Source: an uncultured Alphaproteobacteria bacterium (GTDB lineage Bacteria > Pseudomonadota > Alphaproteobacteria > RF32 > CAG-239). Taken from it: 64,000 nucleotides of DNA. Below, in pieces: positions 8,819-19,736 of the stretch. How positions within the stretch are numbered: the stretch's first letter is position 1; each line of letters begins with the position of its first letter. Below the pieces are notes generated by a model. That model did no database searches. It was not told the origin of the DNA and saw only the letters and a program-made list of their open reading frames with translations. The stretch lies in the NCBI GenBank assembly GCA_934270475.1, contig CAKQPS010000003.1, forward strand, positions 128,318-192,317. The letters are read 5' to 3'. Both the position numbers and the translations under genes were made by a program.

Positions 8819-11491
8819 ATGACTGAAAAAAGTAATTTAACGCCGGCAATGATGCAGTATATGGAGCTGAAAAAGGCTCATCAGGACTATTTACTGTTTT
8901 ATCGTATGGGCGATTTTTATGAGCTGTTTTTTGACGATGCAATTACTGCATCAAAAGCTTTGGATATTGCTTTGACCAAGCGCGGCAAAGCTGACGGAAA
9001 AGACGTGCCGATGTGCGGCGTGCCTTTTCATGCGTATGAAAGCTATATGGCAAAGCTGATGAAACAGGGCTTTAAAGTGGCTATTTGTGAGCAAATGGAA
9101 GACCCTGCCGAAGCCAAAAAACGCGGCTATAAAGCCATAGTGCGGCGTGATGTGGTTCGTTTGGTGACCCCTGGAACTATTACTGAAGACACAATCTTAG
9201 ATTCCCGAAAAAATAACTATTTGCTGTGTGTGGCAAAAATAAGCGGGGAGTTTGGTTTGGCGTGGATAGACCTTTCTACCGGCGTGTTTTATACCCAGCT
9301 TTTGGAAGTTAACGCTCAAAATGAGGCGGCGGAACTGCATACGGCAATAGACCGGCTGGCGCCGAGTGAAATTTTGGTGGCGGACACGTTGCTGCAAAAC
9401 TCCGAACTGTTTCATTTGCTGAATGAATATAAAGAACAGCTTTCGGTTTTGCCGCAAGCACGCTTTAACAGCGGCAGCGCCGAAAAGCGTATTTTGGAAT
9501 TTTATCAGGTAAATACGCTGGATTCTTTCGGTAGTTTCAGCAAGCCGGAAATTTCTGCCGCCGGAATTTTGCTGGATTATGTTGAAAATACACAAAAAGG
9601 TAAAATGCCGCGTATTGCCCGTCCGGTAAAAATTTTAAGCAGTCAATATATGGAAATAGATGCGGCGACGCGTCATAATTTGGATTTGCTTGAAGGTCCG
9701 CGCGGCAGCACGCTTATTTCGGTGTTGGACAGAACTGTGAGCGGTGCTGGCGCTAGATTGCTTGCCAATCGTTTGGCTAATCCGCTTTTGAATGTAGATA
9801 AAATCAATCAGCGTTTAGATGTGGTGGAATTTTTCTTAAAACATCATGATGTGCGTGAAAAACTGCGGACCGTGCTGAAAAATTGCCCTGATGTTGAACG
9901 TGCTGTTTCAAGGCTGGGCGTAGGACGAGGCGGACCGCGCGATTTACTGGCTATCGGAGTGACTTTAGGCAGCTTGCCAAAGCTGAAAACTCTTATTGAA
10001 ACTTTTAAGCCGATTGATGTGGTGGACGAGCTGCCGCCAGCGGTGGCAAAAGTTTTGCAGCGATTCGGCGATCACTCTATGCTGGTTAATATGCTGGCAA
10101 ATTCCTTGTGGGTGGAAGACCGTACAAATGAGCTGCCTTTGCTGGCGCGCGACGGTGATTTTGTTAAAGCTGGTTACAGTCCGGAGCTTGACGCTGTGCG
10201 TGATTTGAAAAATAAGGGGCACAACTATATTTTGAACCTGCAAAGCAAATATGTGGAGCAAACCGGTATAGAGCATTTGAAGATAAAATATAACAACGTG
10301 ATTGGCTATTTTATAGAAATTCCCAATAAAGATGCTTCGCAAGTGCTTGGAAATCCGGAATTTATACACCGTCAGTCTGTTTTGAATGCGGCGCGTTTTA
10401 CCACAGTGGAATTAACCGATTTGGAAAATGAAATCCGCGGCGCTGCCGAAAAGGCGCTGGGCTTGGAGTTGGCGATTTTTGATGATTTGGTGCACAGTGT
10501 TTTGCTTGCCGCCGATGACATTACCCGCACCGCCAACGCCTTGGCAGAGCTTGATGTTGGGGCGGCTTTGGCTGATTTGGCACTGGAAAATAATTATTGT
10601 CGTCCGGAAATTGACGACAGTTATGCTTTTGAGGTTGAAGACGGTCGTCACCCTGTGGTGGAAGAGGCGATTCGCCGCAGCCATGAAGGCAGTTTTGTCG
10701 GCAATAATTGCAGTTTAGATGTCGAAAATAACCGAATTTGGCTGTTAACCGGTCCGAATATGGCTGGTAAATCGACATTTCTGCGGCAAAACGCCATTAT
10801 TGCCATTATGGCGCAGATGGGCTCGTATGTTCCGGCAAAGTCGGCGCATATCGGCTATGTTAATAAGGTGTTCTCGCGTGTCGGCGCTTCCGATGATTTG
10901 GCGCGCGGGCGTTCTACTTTTATGGTGGAAATGGTTGAAACCGCCTCTATTCTGAACCGTGCCGACAAGCGCTCTTTTGTGATTTTAGATGAAATCGGGC
11001 GCGGAACTGCAACTTTTGACGGACTTTCAATTGCTTGGGCTGTGGTTGAATATTTGCATGAAGTCAATAAATGCCGTGCTTTGTTTGCCACCCACTATCA
11101 TGAACTTACAGATTTGGTCGGGCGTTTGAAGGCCATGACTTTGCATTGTATGAAAATCAAGGAATTTAAGGGCGAAGTTATCTTTTTGCATGAAGTTATA
11201 GACGGCGCTGCCGACCGTTCGTATGGTATTCACGTGGCAAAACTTGCCGGTTTGCCGAGTGCGGTTTTAGACCGTGCCGAACAAGTGCTGGCTAAGCTGG
11301 AAAATGAAAATCAGCATAAAAAGCTGAATGGCTTAGATGATGAGCTGCCGCTGTTTTCATATGCGCCGAAAGAGGTTAAAAAATCACCGGTTGTCGAGGA
11401 ATTGGAAAAAATAAATCCCGATGATTTAACGGCTCGCGAGGCTTTGCAAAAACTATATGACTTAAAAGATTTACTGAATAAGGACGCTTAA
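8819..11491 (+). CDS. mutS: DNA mismatch repair protein MutS
   Basis: 890 aa; [11 protein letters not shown], Walker [17 protein letters not shown]. Confidence 0.95.
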   Translation: MTEKSNLTPAMMQYMELKKAHQDYLLFYRMGDFYELFFDDAITASKALDIALTKRGKADGKDVPMCGVPFHAYESYMAKLMKQGFKVAICEQMEDPAEAKKRGYKAIVRRDVVRLVTPGTITEDTILDSRKNNYLLCVAKISGEFGLAWIDLSTGVFYTQLLEVNAQNEAAELHTAIDRLAPSEILVADTLLQNSELFHLLNEYKEQLSVLPQARFNSGSAEKRILEFYQVNTLDSFGSFSKPEISAAGILLDYVENTQKGKMPRIARPVKILSSQYMEIDAATRHNLDLLEGPRGSTLISVLDRTVSGAGARLLANRLANPLLNVDKINQRLDVVEFFLKHHDVREKLRTVLKNCPDVERAVSRLGVGRGGPRDLLAIGVTLGSLPKLKTLIETFKPIDVVDELPPAVAKVLQRFGDHSMLVNMLANSLWVEDRTNELPLLARDGDFVKAGYSPELDAVRDLKNKGHNYILNLQSKYVEQTGIEHLKIKYNNVIGYFIEIPNKDASQVLGNPEFIHRQSVLNAARFTTVELTDLENEIRGAAEKALGLELAIFDDLVHSVLLAADDITRTANALAELDVGAALADLALENNYCRPEIDDSYAFEVEDGRHPVVEEAIRRSHEGSFVGNNCSLDVENNRIWLLTGPNMAGKSTFLRQNAIIAIMAQMGSYVPAKSAHIGYVNKVFSRVGASDDLARGRSTFMVEMVETASILNRADKRSFVILDEIGRGTATFDGLSIAWAVVEYLHEVNKCRALFATHYHELTDLVGRLKAMTLHCMKIKEFKGEVIFLHEVIDGAADRSYGIHVAKLAGLPSAVLDRAEQVLAKLENENQHKKLNGLDDELPLFSYAPKEVKKSPVVEELEKINPDDLTAREALQKLYDLKDLLNKDA

Positions 11492-11493
11492 AG

Positions 11494-11898
11494 ATGGAAG
11501 AAAAAGAATATTTTGCCGCATATCAGCGCTTTGTTGACGGCGTGACTTCGGAAACCGCCAAAAATGATGAGGTTTTTGCACAGAATTTTGCCAAGCTCTC
11601 TCAGCAGCTGAACGGCAATTACGCTAGATTAGACCATGCCATTTCCGGACTTTGTGGCGAGGTCGGCGAAGTTGATGACGTGTGGAAAAAAATCAAATTT
11701 ATGGGACTGAATTACACCGATGAAACCCGCGATATGTTTATAAAAGAGCTGGGCGATGTCTGCTGGTATATGTTCCAAGCCTGCATGGCGCTGAATATTC
11801 CGTTTGAAGAAGTTATCAATCGCAATATTGAAAAGCTGAAAAAACGTCACCCCAACGGTTATTCTCCGGAATATTTCCATCAAAAAAAAGGAGCTTAG
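11494..11898 (+). CDS. MazG-like nucleotide pyrophosphohydrolase domain protein
   Basis: EVGEVDD...ELGDVCWY...NIEKLKKRHP pattern typical of MazG/NTP-PPase all-alpha domains. Confidence 0.55.
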   Translation: MEEKEYFAAYQRFVDGVTSETAKNDEVFAQNFAKLSQQLNGNYARLDHAISGLCGEVGEVDDVWKKIKFMGLNYTDETRDMFIKELGDVCWYMFQACMALNIPFEEVINRNIEKLKKRHPNGYSPEYFHQKKGA

Positions 11899-11901
11899 GC
11901 T

Positions 11902-14073
11902 TTGTTAGTCGGAATTTTACTGCCGCTGCCGTTTAATCAGCCGTTTACCTATAAAACGGGGAAACCGCTTAAACTTGGGCAGCTGGTAGAAGTTCCGTTC
12001 GGGCGCGACAAACAAATCGGCGTGGTTTATGAGCTTTCGCCGCAAAATGATGTGCCGGCAGAAAAAATTAAAAGTATAAGCAAAGTCTATGATTTTCCGC
12101 CGCTTTCGGAAAAATTGCTGAAATTTATCGCTTGGGTGGCGCGTTACAATATGGCGCCGCTGGGGTTGGTTTTCAAAATGGCGGTAAGCGTCAAAGCTGC
12201 TTTTGAGCCTTCTCCGCTAACGGTTCTATATAAACTTTCCGGCAAAACTTTGGCAGAGGCTAAGCTTAAAAATTCTGACGCGCGCTGGCATGTTATGGAT
12301 TTGCTAAAGCATGCGCCTTATACAAGACAAGAAATTGCCAAAGGCGCTGGCGTGGGGCAGAGCGTGATAAAAACGCTGATAGACAGCGGCGTGCTGGAGC
12401 CGGTATATGTGGAAAATAAACGCGAGTTTTTGGAACCGGTCGGCGATTATATTAAAGTCAATTTGACGGCGGAACAGCAGCATGCGGCAGAATTGCTGTG
12501 CCAAAAAGTCGGCAGCGGTTTTTCGGTAACTTTGCTGGACGGTATCACTGGTTCCGGTAAAACCGAAGTCTATTTTGAAGCGGTGGCAAAAGCCTTGGAA
12601 AGCGGTAAGCAGGTGCTTATTTTGGTGCCGGAAATTTCTTTGACAACCCAATGGCTGGAGCGTTTTCAAAAAAGGTTCGGCGTGCGTCCGGCAAATTGGC
12701 ATTCCGGTTTGAGCTTGAAAGAGCGCGCCGATACGTGGAAAGCTATTGTTGAAGGTCGGGTGAAAGTGATTGTAGGGGCGCGCTCGGCACTGTTTTTGCC
12801 TTATACAAATTTAGGCTTGATTGTGATTGATGAAAGCCACGACCATTCGTTTAAGCAAGAAGATGTTGTTAATTATCAGGGGCGCGATATGGCGATTGTG
12901 CGGGCAAAAATAGAGCATCTGCCACTCATTCTTTCTACAGCTACACCGGATTTGGAAACCATGGTGAATGTGGAAGAAGGCAAATATGACTGCGTAAAGC
13001 TTAAAAGCCGCTATGCCAACGCCAGCCTTCCGGATATTAAAATTATAGACCTTAAAAAAGACAAACCGCAAAAAGGCGAGTGGGGTGTTTCTTGGCTGGC
13101 GCCGAGTTTGGTGCAGGCTTTAGCGCAGAATTTGGAACGCCGCGAGCAATCGGTTTTGTTTTTGAACCGCCGCGGCTATGCTCCGCTGATGATTTGCCGC
13201 GACTGCGGACATCGTATGCAATGCCCTAGCTGCAGCGCTTGGCTGACCGAACACAAAAAAGCGCATAAGCTTATGTGCCACCATTGCGGATATATTGAGG
13301 AAATTCCTGAAGTTTGCCCGCATTGCGGCTCGGCAGACGGCTTAACGGCATGCGGTCCAGGGGTGGAACGTGTGGCAGAAGAGGTAAAACATCGTTTTCC
13401 GTATGCCAAAACCGAGATACTTTCCAGCGATAATGCCGGTTCGTTTACGGCGGTGTCGCAAATTATCACCCGTATGGAGCGCCGCGAGATAGATATTTTG
13501 GTGGGAACGCAGATTATCGCCAAAGGTCACCATTTTCCTGATTTGACATTGGTTGGCATTGTGGACGCCGATTTAGGACTGATGGGCAGTGATTTGCGGG
13601 CGTCTGAGCAAACTTATCAGCTGTTGTCGCAGGTTTCGGGGCGTGCCGGCAGAGGTGAAAAGAAAGGCACCGTTTATTTGCAGACTCTATATCCTGAAAA
13701 CAATGTGTTAAAGGCTCTTTTAAATAATGACCGCGAAAGTTTTATGAATTTTGAAAAGCAGTCGCGTCAAATGCTGAAATATCCTCCCTATGGCAAACTT
13801 GCGGCTTTGATAATTTCCGGCACGGATCAAAAGCTTACCGGTTTGGTTGCTGCCGAATTTGGCAAAACCGCTCCGCACACAGATTATGTTTCGGTTTTGG
13901 GACCGGCACCGGCGCCGTTGTTTTTGCTGCGCGACCGCTATCGTTACCGCCTGATGCTGAAAACCGATAAAAATATCAATATCCAGCAAGTGCTGGCAAA
14001 GTGGTTGCAAATGGTCAAAGTTCCTTCGACTGTCAAAGTAGAAGTTGATATTGATCCATATTCTTTTATGTAA
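11902..14073 (+). CDS. priA: primosomal protein N' (PriA helicase); TTG start
   Basis: 723 aa; Walker A GITGSGKTEVY, DESH box, Cys-rich zinc-binding CRDCGHRMQCPSCSAWL...CHHCG...CPHCGS. Confidence 0.9.
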   Translation: MLVGILLPLPFNQPFTYKTGKPLKLGQLVEVPFGRDKQIGVVYELSPQNDVPAEKIKSISKVYDFPPLSEKLLKFIAWVARYNMAPLGLVFKMAVSVKAAFEPSPLTVLYKLSGKTLAEAKLKNSDARWHVMDLLKHAPYTRQEIAKGAGVGQSVIKTLIDSGVLEPVYVENKREFLEPVGDYIKVNLTAEQQHAAELLCQKVGSGFSVTLLDGITGSGKTEVYFEAVAKALESGKQVLILVPEISLTTQWLERFQKRFGVRPANWHSGLSLKERADTWKAIVEGRVKVIVGARSALFLPYTNLGLIVIDESHDHSFKQEDVVNYQGRDMAIVRAKIEHLPLILSTATPDLETMVNVEEGKYDCVKLKSRYANASLPDIKIIDLKKDKPQKGEWGVSWLAPSLVQALAQNLERREQSVLFLNRRGYAPLMICRDCGHRMQCPSCSAWLTEHKKAHKLMCHHCGYIEEIPEVCPHCGSADGLTACGPGVERVAEEVKHRFPYAKTEILSSDNAGSFTAVSQIITRMERREIDILVGTQIIAKGHHFPDLTLVGIVDADLGLMGSDLRASEQTYQLLSQVSGRAGRGEKKGTVYLQTLYPENNVLKALLNNDRESFMNFEKQSRQMLKYPPYGKLAALIISGTDQKLTGLVAAEFGKTAPHTDYVSVLGPAPAPLFLLRDRYRYRLMLKTDKNINIQQVLAKWLQMVKVPSTVKVEVDIDPYSFM

Positions 14074-14091
14074 GCTGTCTAAATCAGTTTG

Positions 14092-14307
14092 TTAACGCAA
14101 ATATAAAAAACAAACTAAAAGGCTGAGCAAAAACAACAGGTGCAAAGCGCCGGTGCCCACTATAATATTTTGATTTCCTACAACATTTATACCAAGGTTA
14201 AACGGAGTAGGCAGGGCGGCAAGTTGCGGTTTTGGTGCAGAATTATCATTTATCGGAGTATTTCTCATTAGAATATCCCGAATTTGCGCATCAATATCGT
14301 TGTCCAT
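14092..14307 (-). CDS. hypothetical small protein at the island edge
   Basis: 71-aa ORF with a hydrophobic C-terminus; weak support. Confidence 0.2.
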   Translation of the reverse strand: MDNDIDAQIRDILMRNTPINDNSAPKPQLAALPTPFNLGINVVGNQNIIVGTGALHLLFLLSLLVCFLYLR

Positions 14308-14333
14308 TATGGCATAGTCCTAAAAAAGTTTAA

Positions 14334-14777
14334 TTAGTTTACTTTACGGAATTCGTCGTAAATATCCATATAGTCTTTAATTTTAGCGTTGGCGTCATCT
14401 AAAGATTCGTTGCAGATTTTAGAATAAAGCAGGCGAATCAGCTCGGCTTTGTCATGCGGAGTCATTTTAGCTTCGCGTTTTTCCAGCCAAGATTCAACAT
14501 TTTCTATTACCAAACACAATACATCTTGATTAACGGTAGGAGCGAATCCCGAAGACACCTTTAGCGGCAGGTCGGTCAATTCCTGTTCGTCCACTTTTAG
14601 CAGGCGGGCTAATTTCTGACGTTCTACTTCACCCAAACGGCGTGGAGAACCATTTTTGATAAATTGCTGAATGTACGCAATATTTTTGCCCAAACTTAAA
14701 GAAACTTTGGCGAAATTCAAGCCGCGTTCGTTAATCAAGCGGGCTATTTTTCTTCTTATTTCTTCTGTATCATCCAT
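14334..14777 (-). CDS. phage repressor-like HTH DNA-binding protein
   Basis: N-terminal RRKIARLINERGLNFAKVSLSLGKNIAYIQQFIKNG (XRE-type HTH); divergently oriented from the downstream gene block. Confidence 0.55.
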   Translation of the reverse strand: MDDTEEIRRKIARLINERGLNFAKVSLSLGKNIAYIQQFIKNGSPRRLGEVERQKLARLLKVDEQELTDLPLKVSSGFAPTVNQDVLCLVIENVESWLEKREAKMTPHDKAELIRLLYSKICNESLDDANAKIKDYMDIYDEFRKVN

Positions 14778-14889
14778 TTTTATTACCTCTAAAGTTATTC
14801 TTTATAGAATTATATAATATATATCTTAGAAAGTAAAACGATATTTTTCTTATTGACTTTATAATATTTATCTTATATTTTTAAGAAAA

Positions 14890-15396
14890 ATGGAGGACAA
14901 AATGGTCGATGAAGAATATATATCAAAAGAAGAAGCTTTGAAAAAAGGCTACAGACGGCGCCGCGGTAAAGGATTATATAAACCGTCTGTATTGGAAAAA
15001 TACTATGAAAACGGGGTATTAGAGCTAAAAGGAAGCCCGTTCAGTGCGTTTGACCGCAAACAAGCCGGCGAACAGCTGGTAAAAGATTTTTATTTAGGAA
15101 ATTATAATAATTTGCAGACGGCACCGCTAATAAGAATCGGATCAGGTTTTGGTAAAAGAGAATATGCCTTAGTCTATCAAGAGCGCTATATAAAAGCAAT
15201 GCAGAGCATTCCAGAAGAGTTTTGGCACGTTGTCAGATATGTTTGTATTGAAGATAAAGAAATAAAAGCAGATAAGAATATTATGCCGCACAGTCTTTTA
15301 AGCAAACAAGTGGTGTATCATCTAAAATCCTTGCTGGTACTGGGTTTGGAAAGATTAGTAAAATATTATTTTCAAAAAAATGAAAAAAGTTCTTGA
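14890..15396 (+). CDS. phage hypothetical protein
   Basis: 168-aa ORF with a good RBS (AATGGAGGA); no recognisable family. Confidence 0.4.
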   Translation: MEDKMVDEEYISKEEALKKGYRRRRGKGLYKPSVLEKYYENGVLELKGSPFSAFDRKQAGEQLVKDFYLGNYNNLQTAPLIRIGSGFGKREYALVYQERYIKAMQSIPEEFWHVVRYVCIEDKEIKADKNIMPHSLLSKQVVYHLKSLLVLGLERLVKYYFQKNEKSS

Positions 15397-15430
15397 CATC
15401 AGGTGACCTGTGTGCTAATAAAATTACTAT
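15395..15430 (+). promoter_or_regulatory. promoter candidate with an embedded palindromic operator (CAGGTGACCTG)
   Basis: TTGACA-17nt-TAATAA; the spacer holds the perfect inverted repeat caggt-g-acctg. Confidence 0.3.
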
Positions 15431-15521
15431 GATGTAAAATTGTATTTAGAAAAAACTTACATTTTAGGGGATTAAGCTCAATATTCAGCTTAGTCTCTAT
15501 TTTTTTAGGAGAAATATAAAA

Positions 15522-15767
15522 ATGTTAAAAGCAATAGCAGACAGGCTTATTGTTAAGCCTGATAAAACTTTGCCGTCCGCTTTGATTGGCGTGGAAAATG
15601 AAAACAAGTTCACTAATCAGGGGGTGGTGCAAAGCATTGGCGGTAATGTAACTTTGGCAGCTGTCGGCGAACATATAATTTATCATCGCTTTGACGAACT
15701 GCCTTTGCCGCAGGACGATTTAATCGTTATCAGAGAAAACAGCCTTTTGGGCAAAATTTCGAAATGA
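15522..15767 (+). CDS. GroES-like (Cpn10) co-chaperonin, phage-encoded
   Basis: 81 aa; MLKAIADRLIVKP...GVVQSIG...VGEHIIY...DLIVIRENSLLGKI parallels the GroES beta-hairpin pattern; AGGAGAAAT Shine-Dalgarno. Confidence 0.5.
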   Translation: MLKAIADRLIVKPDKTLPSALIGVENENKFTNQGVVQSIGGNVTLAAVGEHIIYHRFDELPLPQDDLIVIRENSLLGKISK

Positions 15768-15832
15768 TTTAATATTTAATTATAATATTTTTTAACTTTG
15801 CAGACCGTGTAGCTTTACCGGTCTGTTTTTGT

Positions 15833-17584
15833 TTGGAGAAAACTATGGAAAAACAAAATAACAGTGAATTATACAGGGAGTGGCTTGCTAAAATCCGTTC
15901 CTCTGAAAAAAACTATGAAGATTATTATGCGCTGGTTGAGGAAATTCGTAAATATTACCGCAATGAGCGAAAACGCAATAAGCAAAGCATTTTTTGGTCA
16001 TCGGTAGAAACTTTGAAACCGTTTTTATATTTCAAACAGCCGCAACCTTTTATTATCCGCAGCAACAAAAAATCTGACGCGGTCGAAAACACTGCCTGCC
16101 GGATTTTGGAAAAAGCTTTGGAATGGGATATGAAACAATTTGACTTTGACAGCGTTGTCAAATACGCCCGCAACGATTTTTTACTTTCGGGTATGGGAAT
16201 TTTGTGGGAGCAATATCATTCCAGTTTCAAATATATCGGCAATGTCACCTTAAAAGACAAAGAGCAGGTAACCACTCAATATGTTAACCCCATGTCGTTT
16301 TTAGCCGATGTTGATAAGGTGAATGTGTGGGAAGATGTAGAATGGATTGCCCGTAAAACTTTTATGAACGTCAGCGAAATTTACAGTAATTTCGGCGAAG
16401 AGCTGGCAGATTATTTTTGGCAGCATAATTTTACCGATAAAAGTATTTCCGTCTATGAAATTTGGGATAAGAAAACCCGTAAAATTTATTATCTCAGTCC
16501 GGAATTGCCGGATACTTTTTTACAGATTAACGAAGATACTTTGCATTTGAGCGGATTTTTCCCGTGTCCTAAGCCGATTATGGCAACTCTGACCAATGAC
16601 GGAATTGTTCCGGTGCCAGATTATGTAGAAATCAAAAGCCTGCTTGACGAGCTGGACGGAGTTAACAGCCGTATGCGGCTGACTATGCAGGCGCTGAAAG
16701 TTTCCGGCTGCTATGATAATTCTTTTCCTGAATTGGCAAACATTTTGGACAAGGATATAACACTGATAGCCTTAAATGATTTTGACAAGCTTAAAGATGC
16801 CGGAGGTATCCGCGGAATTATCGACTTTGCGCCGATTGAACAATATATCAGCACCTTGCAGGTTTTGGCGGAGCGTCGCAAAATTCTGATTGATTCCATA
16901 TATGAAGTAACTGGTGTCAGTGACATTATGCGCGGCGCCTCAAATTCACAGGATACGGCAACGGCAGTGCTCAAAAAAACAAACTTCGGCACTTTGCGCA
17001 ATCAAGACCGCCAAAATGATATGCAGCGTTTTTTGAAAGATTTGCTGCGTATTAAAGCCGAGATTATCTGTGAACAATTTTCACCGGACAGACTGGCGGC
17101 TTTTGTTGCCGATGATATGGCGCAAAAGCCTGATGTGGTGGCGCAGGCTGTGAATTTGCTGAAAACTCAAAAACTCCGCGGTATGGTTATTGAGCTGGAA
17201 ACCGACGGCAGTTTTGACATTGTTAAGCAGGAAGAAAACGTTTTGCAGGTGTTGTCGCATATTCATGAAATGATAAGTCAGGCGTTTGGTGTTGTGTCGC
17301 AGCAGCCGGCGCTTTTGCCGTTATATCGTCAAATGATTGAAGCAGCGGCGGCAACTCTTTCTAACGCCCGACAGTTTGAAAATGTGCTGGAGCAGGTTTT
17401 TGATAAAATCAGCGCCGAATTGAATGCTCCCGACCCGCAGATGCAGCCGGCAGAAGACAAAATGGTGGCGCTGCAAACGCAAAAAATGCAGCAGGATTTT
17501 GCAATTAAACAAGAACAGAATCAAATCAAACGCGAAGAGCTGGATTTGAAAAAAATTACGGAATTAAACAAAATTTCTAAATAA
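15833..17584 (+). CDS. large phage structural protein (possibly portal or head-tail connector)
   Basis: 583 aa, coiled-coil C-terminus, position at the head of a structural-gene block; assignment tentative. Confidence 0.35.
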   Translation: MEKTMEKQNNSELYREWLAKIRSSEKNYEDYYALVEEIRKYYRNERKRNKQSIFWSSVETLKPFLYFKQPQPFIIRSNKKSDAVENTACRILEKALEWDMKQFDFDSVVKYARNDFLLSGMGILWEQYHSSFKYIGNVTLKDKEQVTTQYVNPMSFLADVDKVNVWEDVEWIARKTFMNVSEIYSNFGEELADYFWQHNFTDKSISVYEIWDKKTRKIYYLSPELPDTFLQINEDTLHLSGFFPCPKPIMATLTNDGIVPVPDYVEIKSLLDELDGVNSRMRLTMQALKVSGCYDNSFPELANILDKDITLIALNDFDKLKDAGGIRGIIDFAPIEQYISTLQVLAERRKILIDSIYEVTGVSDIMRGASNSQDTATAVLKKTNFGTLRNQDRQNDMQRFLKDLLRIKAEIICEQFSPDRLAAFVADDMAQKPDVVAQAVNLLKTQKLRGMVIELETDGSFDIVKQEENVLQVLSHIHEMISQAFGVVSQQPALLPLYRQMIEAAAATLSNARQFENVLEQVFDKISAELNAPDPQMQPAEDKMVALQTQKMQQDFAIKQEQNQIKREELDLKKITELNKISK

Positions 17585-17596
17585 AGGAGAATAGAA

Positions 17597-18364
17597 ATGC
17601 CATATGACAGCAACGGATTGTTTACTAGAATGCACAGCTGGGAAGATGACCGAAAAAATGAAATAGATATTGTGTCCGACCGACACGATGAAGAAGACGA
17701 TAATTTTGCCGACGGTTTGAGCGAGTGTTTACTGAAAGACGGTCGGGCGCCGATGAAAGGCGAACTGAAAATGGGCGGCTTTCAAATTAAAAATTTGGCA
17801 AAAGGCACTGCAGAAAAAGACGCGGTAAATAAAGAGCAGCTGGAAGAAACGGTAAAATTGCTTAAAGAGGCAATGAACATGTTTTTCGGCGTGGGCGACA
17901 TTAAGGCGTCGTTGCAAACTGCCAATTATGACAATTGGTTTTTATGCAACGGGCAGGAAGTCAGCCGTACGGCTTATCCCGAATTATTTGCTTTAATCGG
18001 CACAAGTTTCGGCGCCGGAGACGGTTCAACTACCTTTAATCTGCCGGATTACCGTGGTAAGTTTCTGCGCGGTTTGGGCGGCGATTCGGCGCAGGATATG
18101 CAGACAACGCAAAAAGAAGGTCTGCCGAACATTACCGGTCAATCGCAGGCGCAGGACGGTTATTTATATGGAGCTCCTCCCACCACAGGCGCTATCCGCA
18201 TGGTAAATCCGCGCACCGGCAACACTCGTTCCGGCGACGGCGGCGGAGCCTATTATTTTACATTTGATGCCAGTTTGTCAAATTCAATTTACGGTTCAAG
18301 CAGCCATGTAACGCCGATAAATCAGGCGGTTAATTATTTTATTAAAGTAAAAAAGGAGGAATAA
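17597..18364 (+). CDS. phage tail collar domain protein (short tail fibre-like)
   Basis: FLCNGQEVSRTAYPELFALIGTSFGAGDGSTTFNLPDYRGKFLRGLGG matches the phage tail collar domain consensus. Confidence 0.7.
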   Translation: MPYDSNGLFTRMHSWEDDRKNEIDIVSDRHDEEDDNFADGLSECLLKDGRAPMKGELKMGGFQIKNLAKGTAEKDAVNKEQLEETVKLLKEAMNMFFGVGDIKASLQTANYDNWFLCNGQEVSRTAYPELFALIGTSFGAGDGSTTFNLPDYRGKFLRGLGGDSAQDMQTTQKEGLPNITGQSQAQDGYLYGAPPTTGAIRMVNPRTGNTRSGDGGGAYYFTFDASLSNSIYGSSSHVTPINQAVNYFIKVKKEE

Positions 18365-18367
18365 GCG

Positions 18368-18727
18368 ATGACAGGAAGAATTTTGCCTAATGCGGATATT
18401 ATAGAAGTGCGTCAAGGCGACAGTTTTAATATAAAATTACGGTTTAAGGCAAAAAACAAGGCGCTTGATGTGTCTAAGCTGAAAGTGCTTATGCAGGTGC
18501 GTAAAACCGAAAACGATTCTCTGGTTTTTGAAAAAGAGGCAGAACCCGTGGAAGCCGCGCAGGGAATATATTTGCTGCGTTTGACGCCGGTCGAAACATC
18601 GGCTCCGGTCGGCAGCTATAAAACAGATATTCAGGTAACGTTTGCCAACGGCGAGATAAATACGATTTTTCCGCAGAGCGTGGCAAAAGTCGGGGTGTTT
18701 CGTTTAACTCCGCAAGTAACCAAGTGA
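18368..18727 (+). CDS. phage hypothetical protein (small beta-rich)
   Basis: 119-aa ORF tightly packed in the structural module. Confidence 0.35.
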   Translation: MTGRILPNADIIEVRQGDSFNIKLRFKAKNKALDVSKLKVLMQVRKTENDSLVFEKEAEPVEAAQGIYLLRLTPVETSAPVGSYKTDIQVTFANGEINTIFPQSVAKVGVFRLTPQVTK

Positions 18728-18734
18728 GGCGCTT

Positions 18735-19736
18735 ATGCAAGAAAATATGATAGCGGTTAATATTGCCGACACGCAGGCGATAGATGTGTATTGGCAAGAT
18801 GAAGTTGTTTTTGATTTAGATGTTCATCTGATGTGGGTAAGATCCGGACAGCAGGAAATCAGCAAATATGTGTCTGAAGTCTCACTGCCGAAAATAGAGG
18901 ATTTTGCTAATCAAAAAATGCAAGATTATAGAGCCGAAGCCGAAAAAGCGGCGGTTTCTGCCAAAGAGGCAATGACTGAAGCGCAAAAACAGGCTGAAAA
19001 TGCGGCAATAAATTGTGAACTGGCAGCAGGCAGCGCGGCGCAGGCGGCGGAGAGTGTAAATCAGGTGGCAGACAAAACCAAGCAGTCGCTGCAGGAAATT
19101 GCCGACTATGCCGATACGCTAAAAACAAAAATAGATGCATCGGCTGAAACTGCAAAAACATCAATTCAAAATGCGGCTGATGAATATGTAGGCGCCGCTA
19201 AAGAAAACTTGAATGATTATGTTGAGCAAACGCTTGAGCCTGAAATGCAGGTTTATATCGGCAAAGCTCAGAACCAAGCGGACACAGCGGCGGCAAGTGC
19301 GGCGGCAGCGGCGGAAAGCGCAGCAAAAGTTGCGGATAGTTTGAAGGATAAAGCTGATATTGATGCCGGCAATTTTTCGGTAGCCGGAAAAAACACAATA
19401 ACAACTTTGGGAACGCCTGATTACAATTCAGGAATAACTTTGACTTTCAGCAAAGTTTTTACCAATGCTGGCGAAAGCAAAACTATGGCAAAGTCCGGTT
19501 TATTTTGCTTTGAGTTTTTAGCTAATAATGTGATTTCCACCATCTGTTTTTATGTCAATAACCGTTTTGTCGGGAAAATCGGAAATTCACAGACTTCATT
19601 AGCTTTTTGGGACGAAATAAATTTTCCGGTTACAAAAGGCGATGTTGTGAAAGTTACGGCAGAAACCGTTGGCGGTTTTACCGCAGCCGCTGTTGAGTCG
19701 TATCTTTTTCCGTATAAAGGGAGTATGTATGAATGA
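18735..19736 (+). CDS. putative tail fibre or receptor-binding protein (Ala-rich coiled-coil stalk plus C-terminal beta domain)
   Basis: Central AAxSAxxA heptad-like Ala/Gln-rich region followed by a Gly/Thr/Asn-rich C-terminal domain. Confidence 0.45.
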   Translation: MQENMIAVNIADTQAIDVYWQDEVVFDLDVHLMWVRSGQQEISKYVSEVSLPKIEDFANQKMQDYRAEAEKAAVSAKEAMTEAQKQAENAAINCELAAGSAAQAAESVNQVADKTKQSLQEIADYADTLKTKIDASAETAKTSIQNAADEYVGAAKENLNDYVEQTLEPEMQVYIGKAQNQADTAAASAAAAAESAAKVADSLKDKADIDAGNFSVAGKNTITTLGTPDYNSGITLTFSKVFTNAGESKTMAKSGLFCFEFLANNVISTICFYVNNRFVGKIGNSQTSLAFWDEINFPVTKGDVVKVTAETVGGFTAAAVESYLFPYKGSMYE

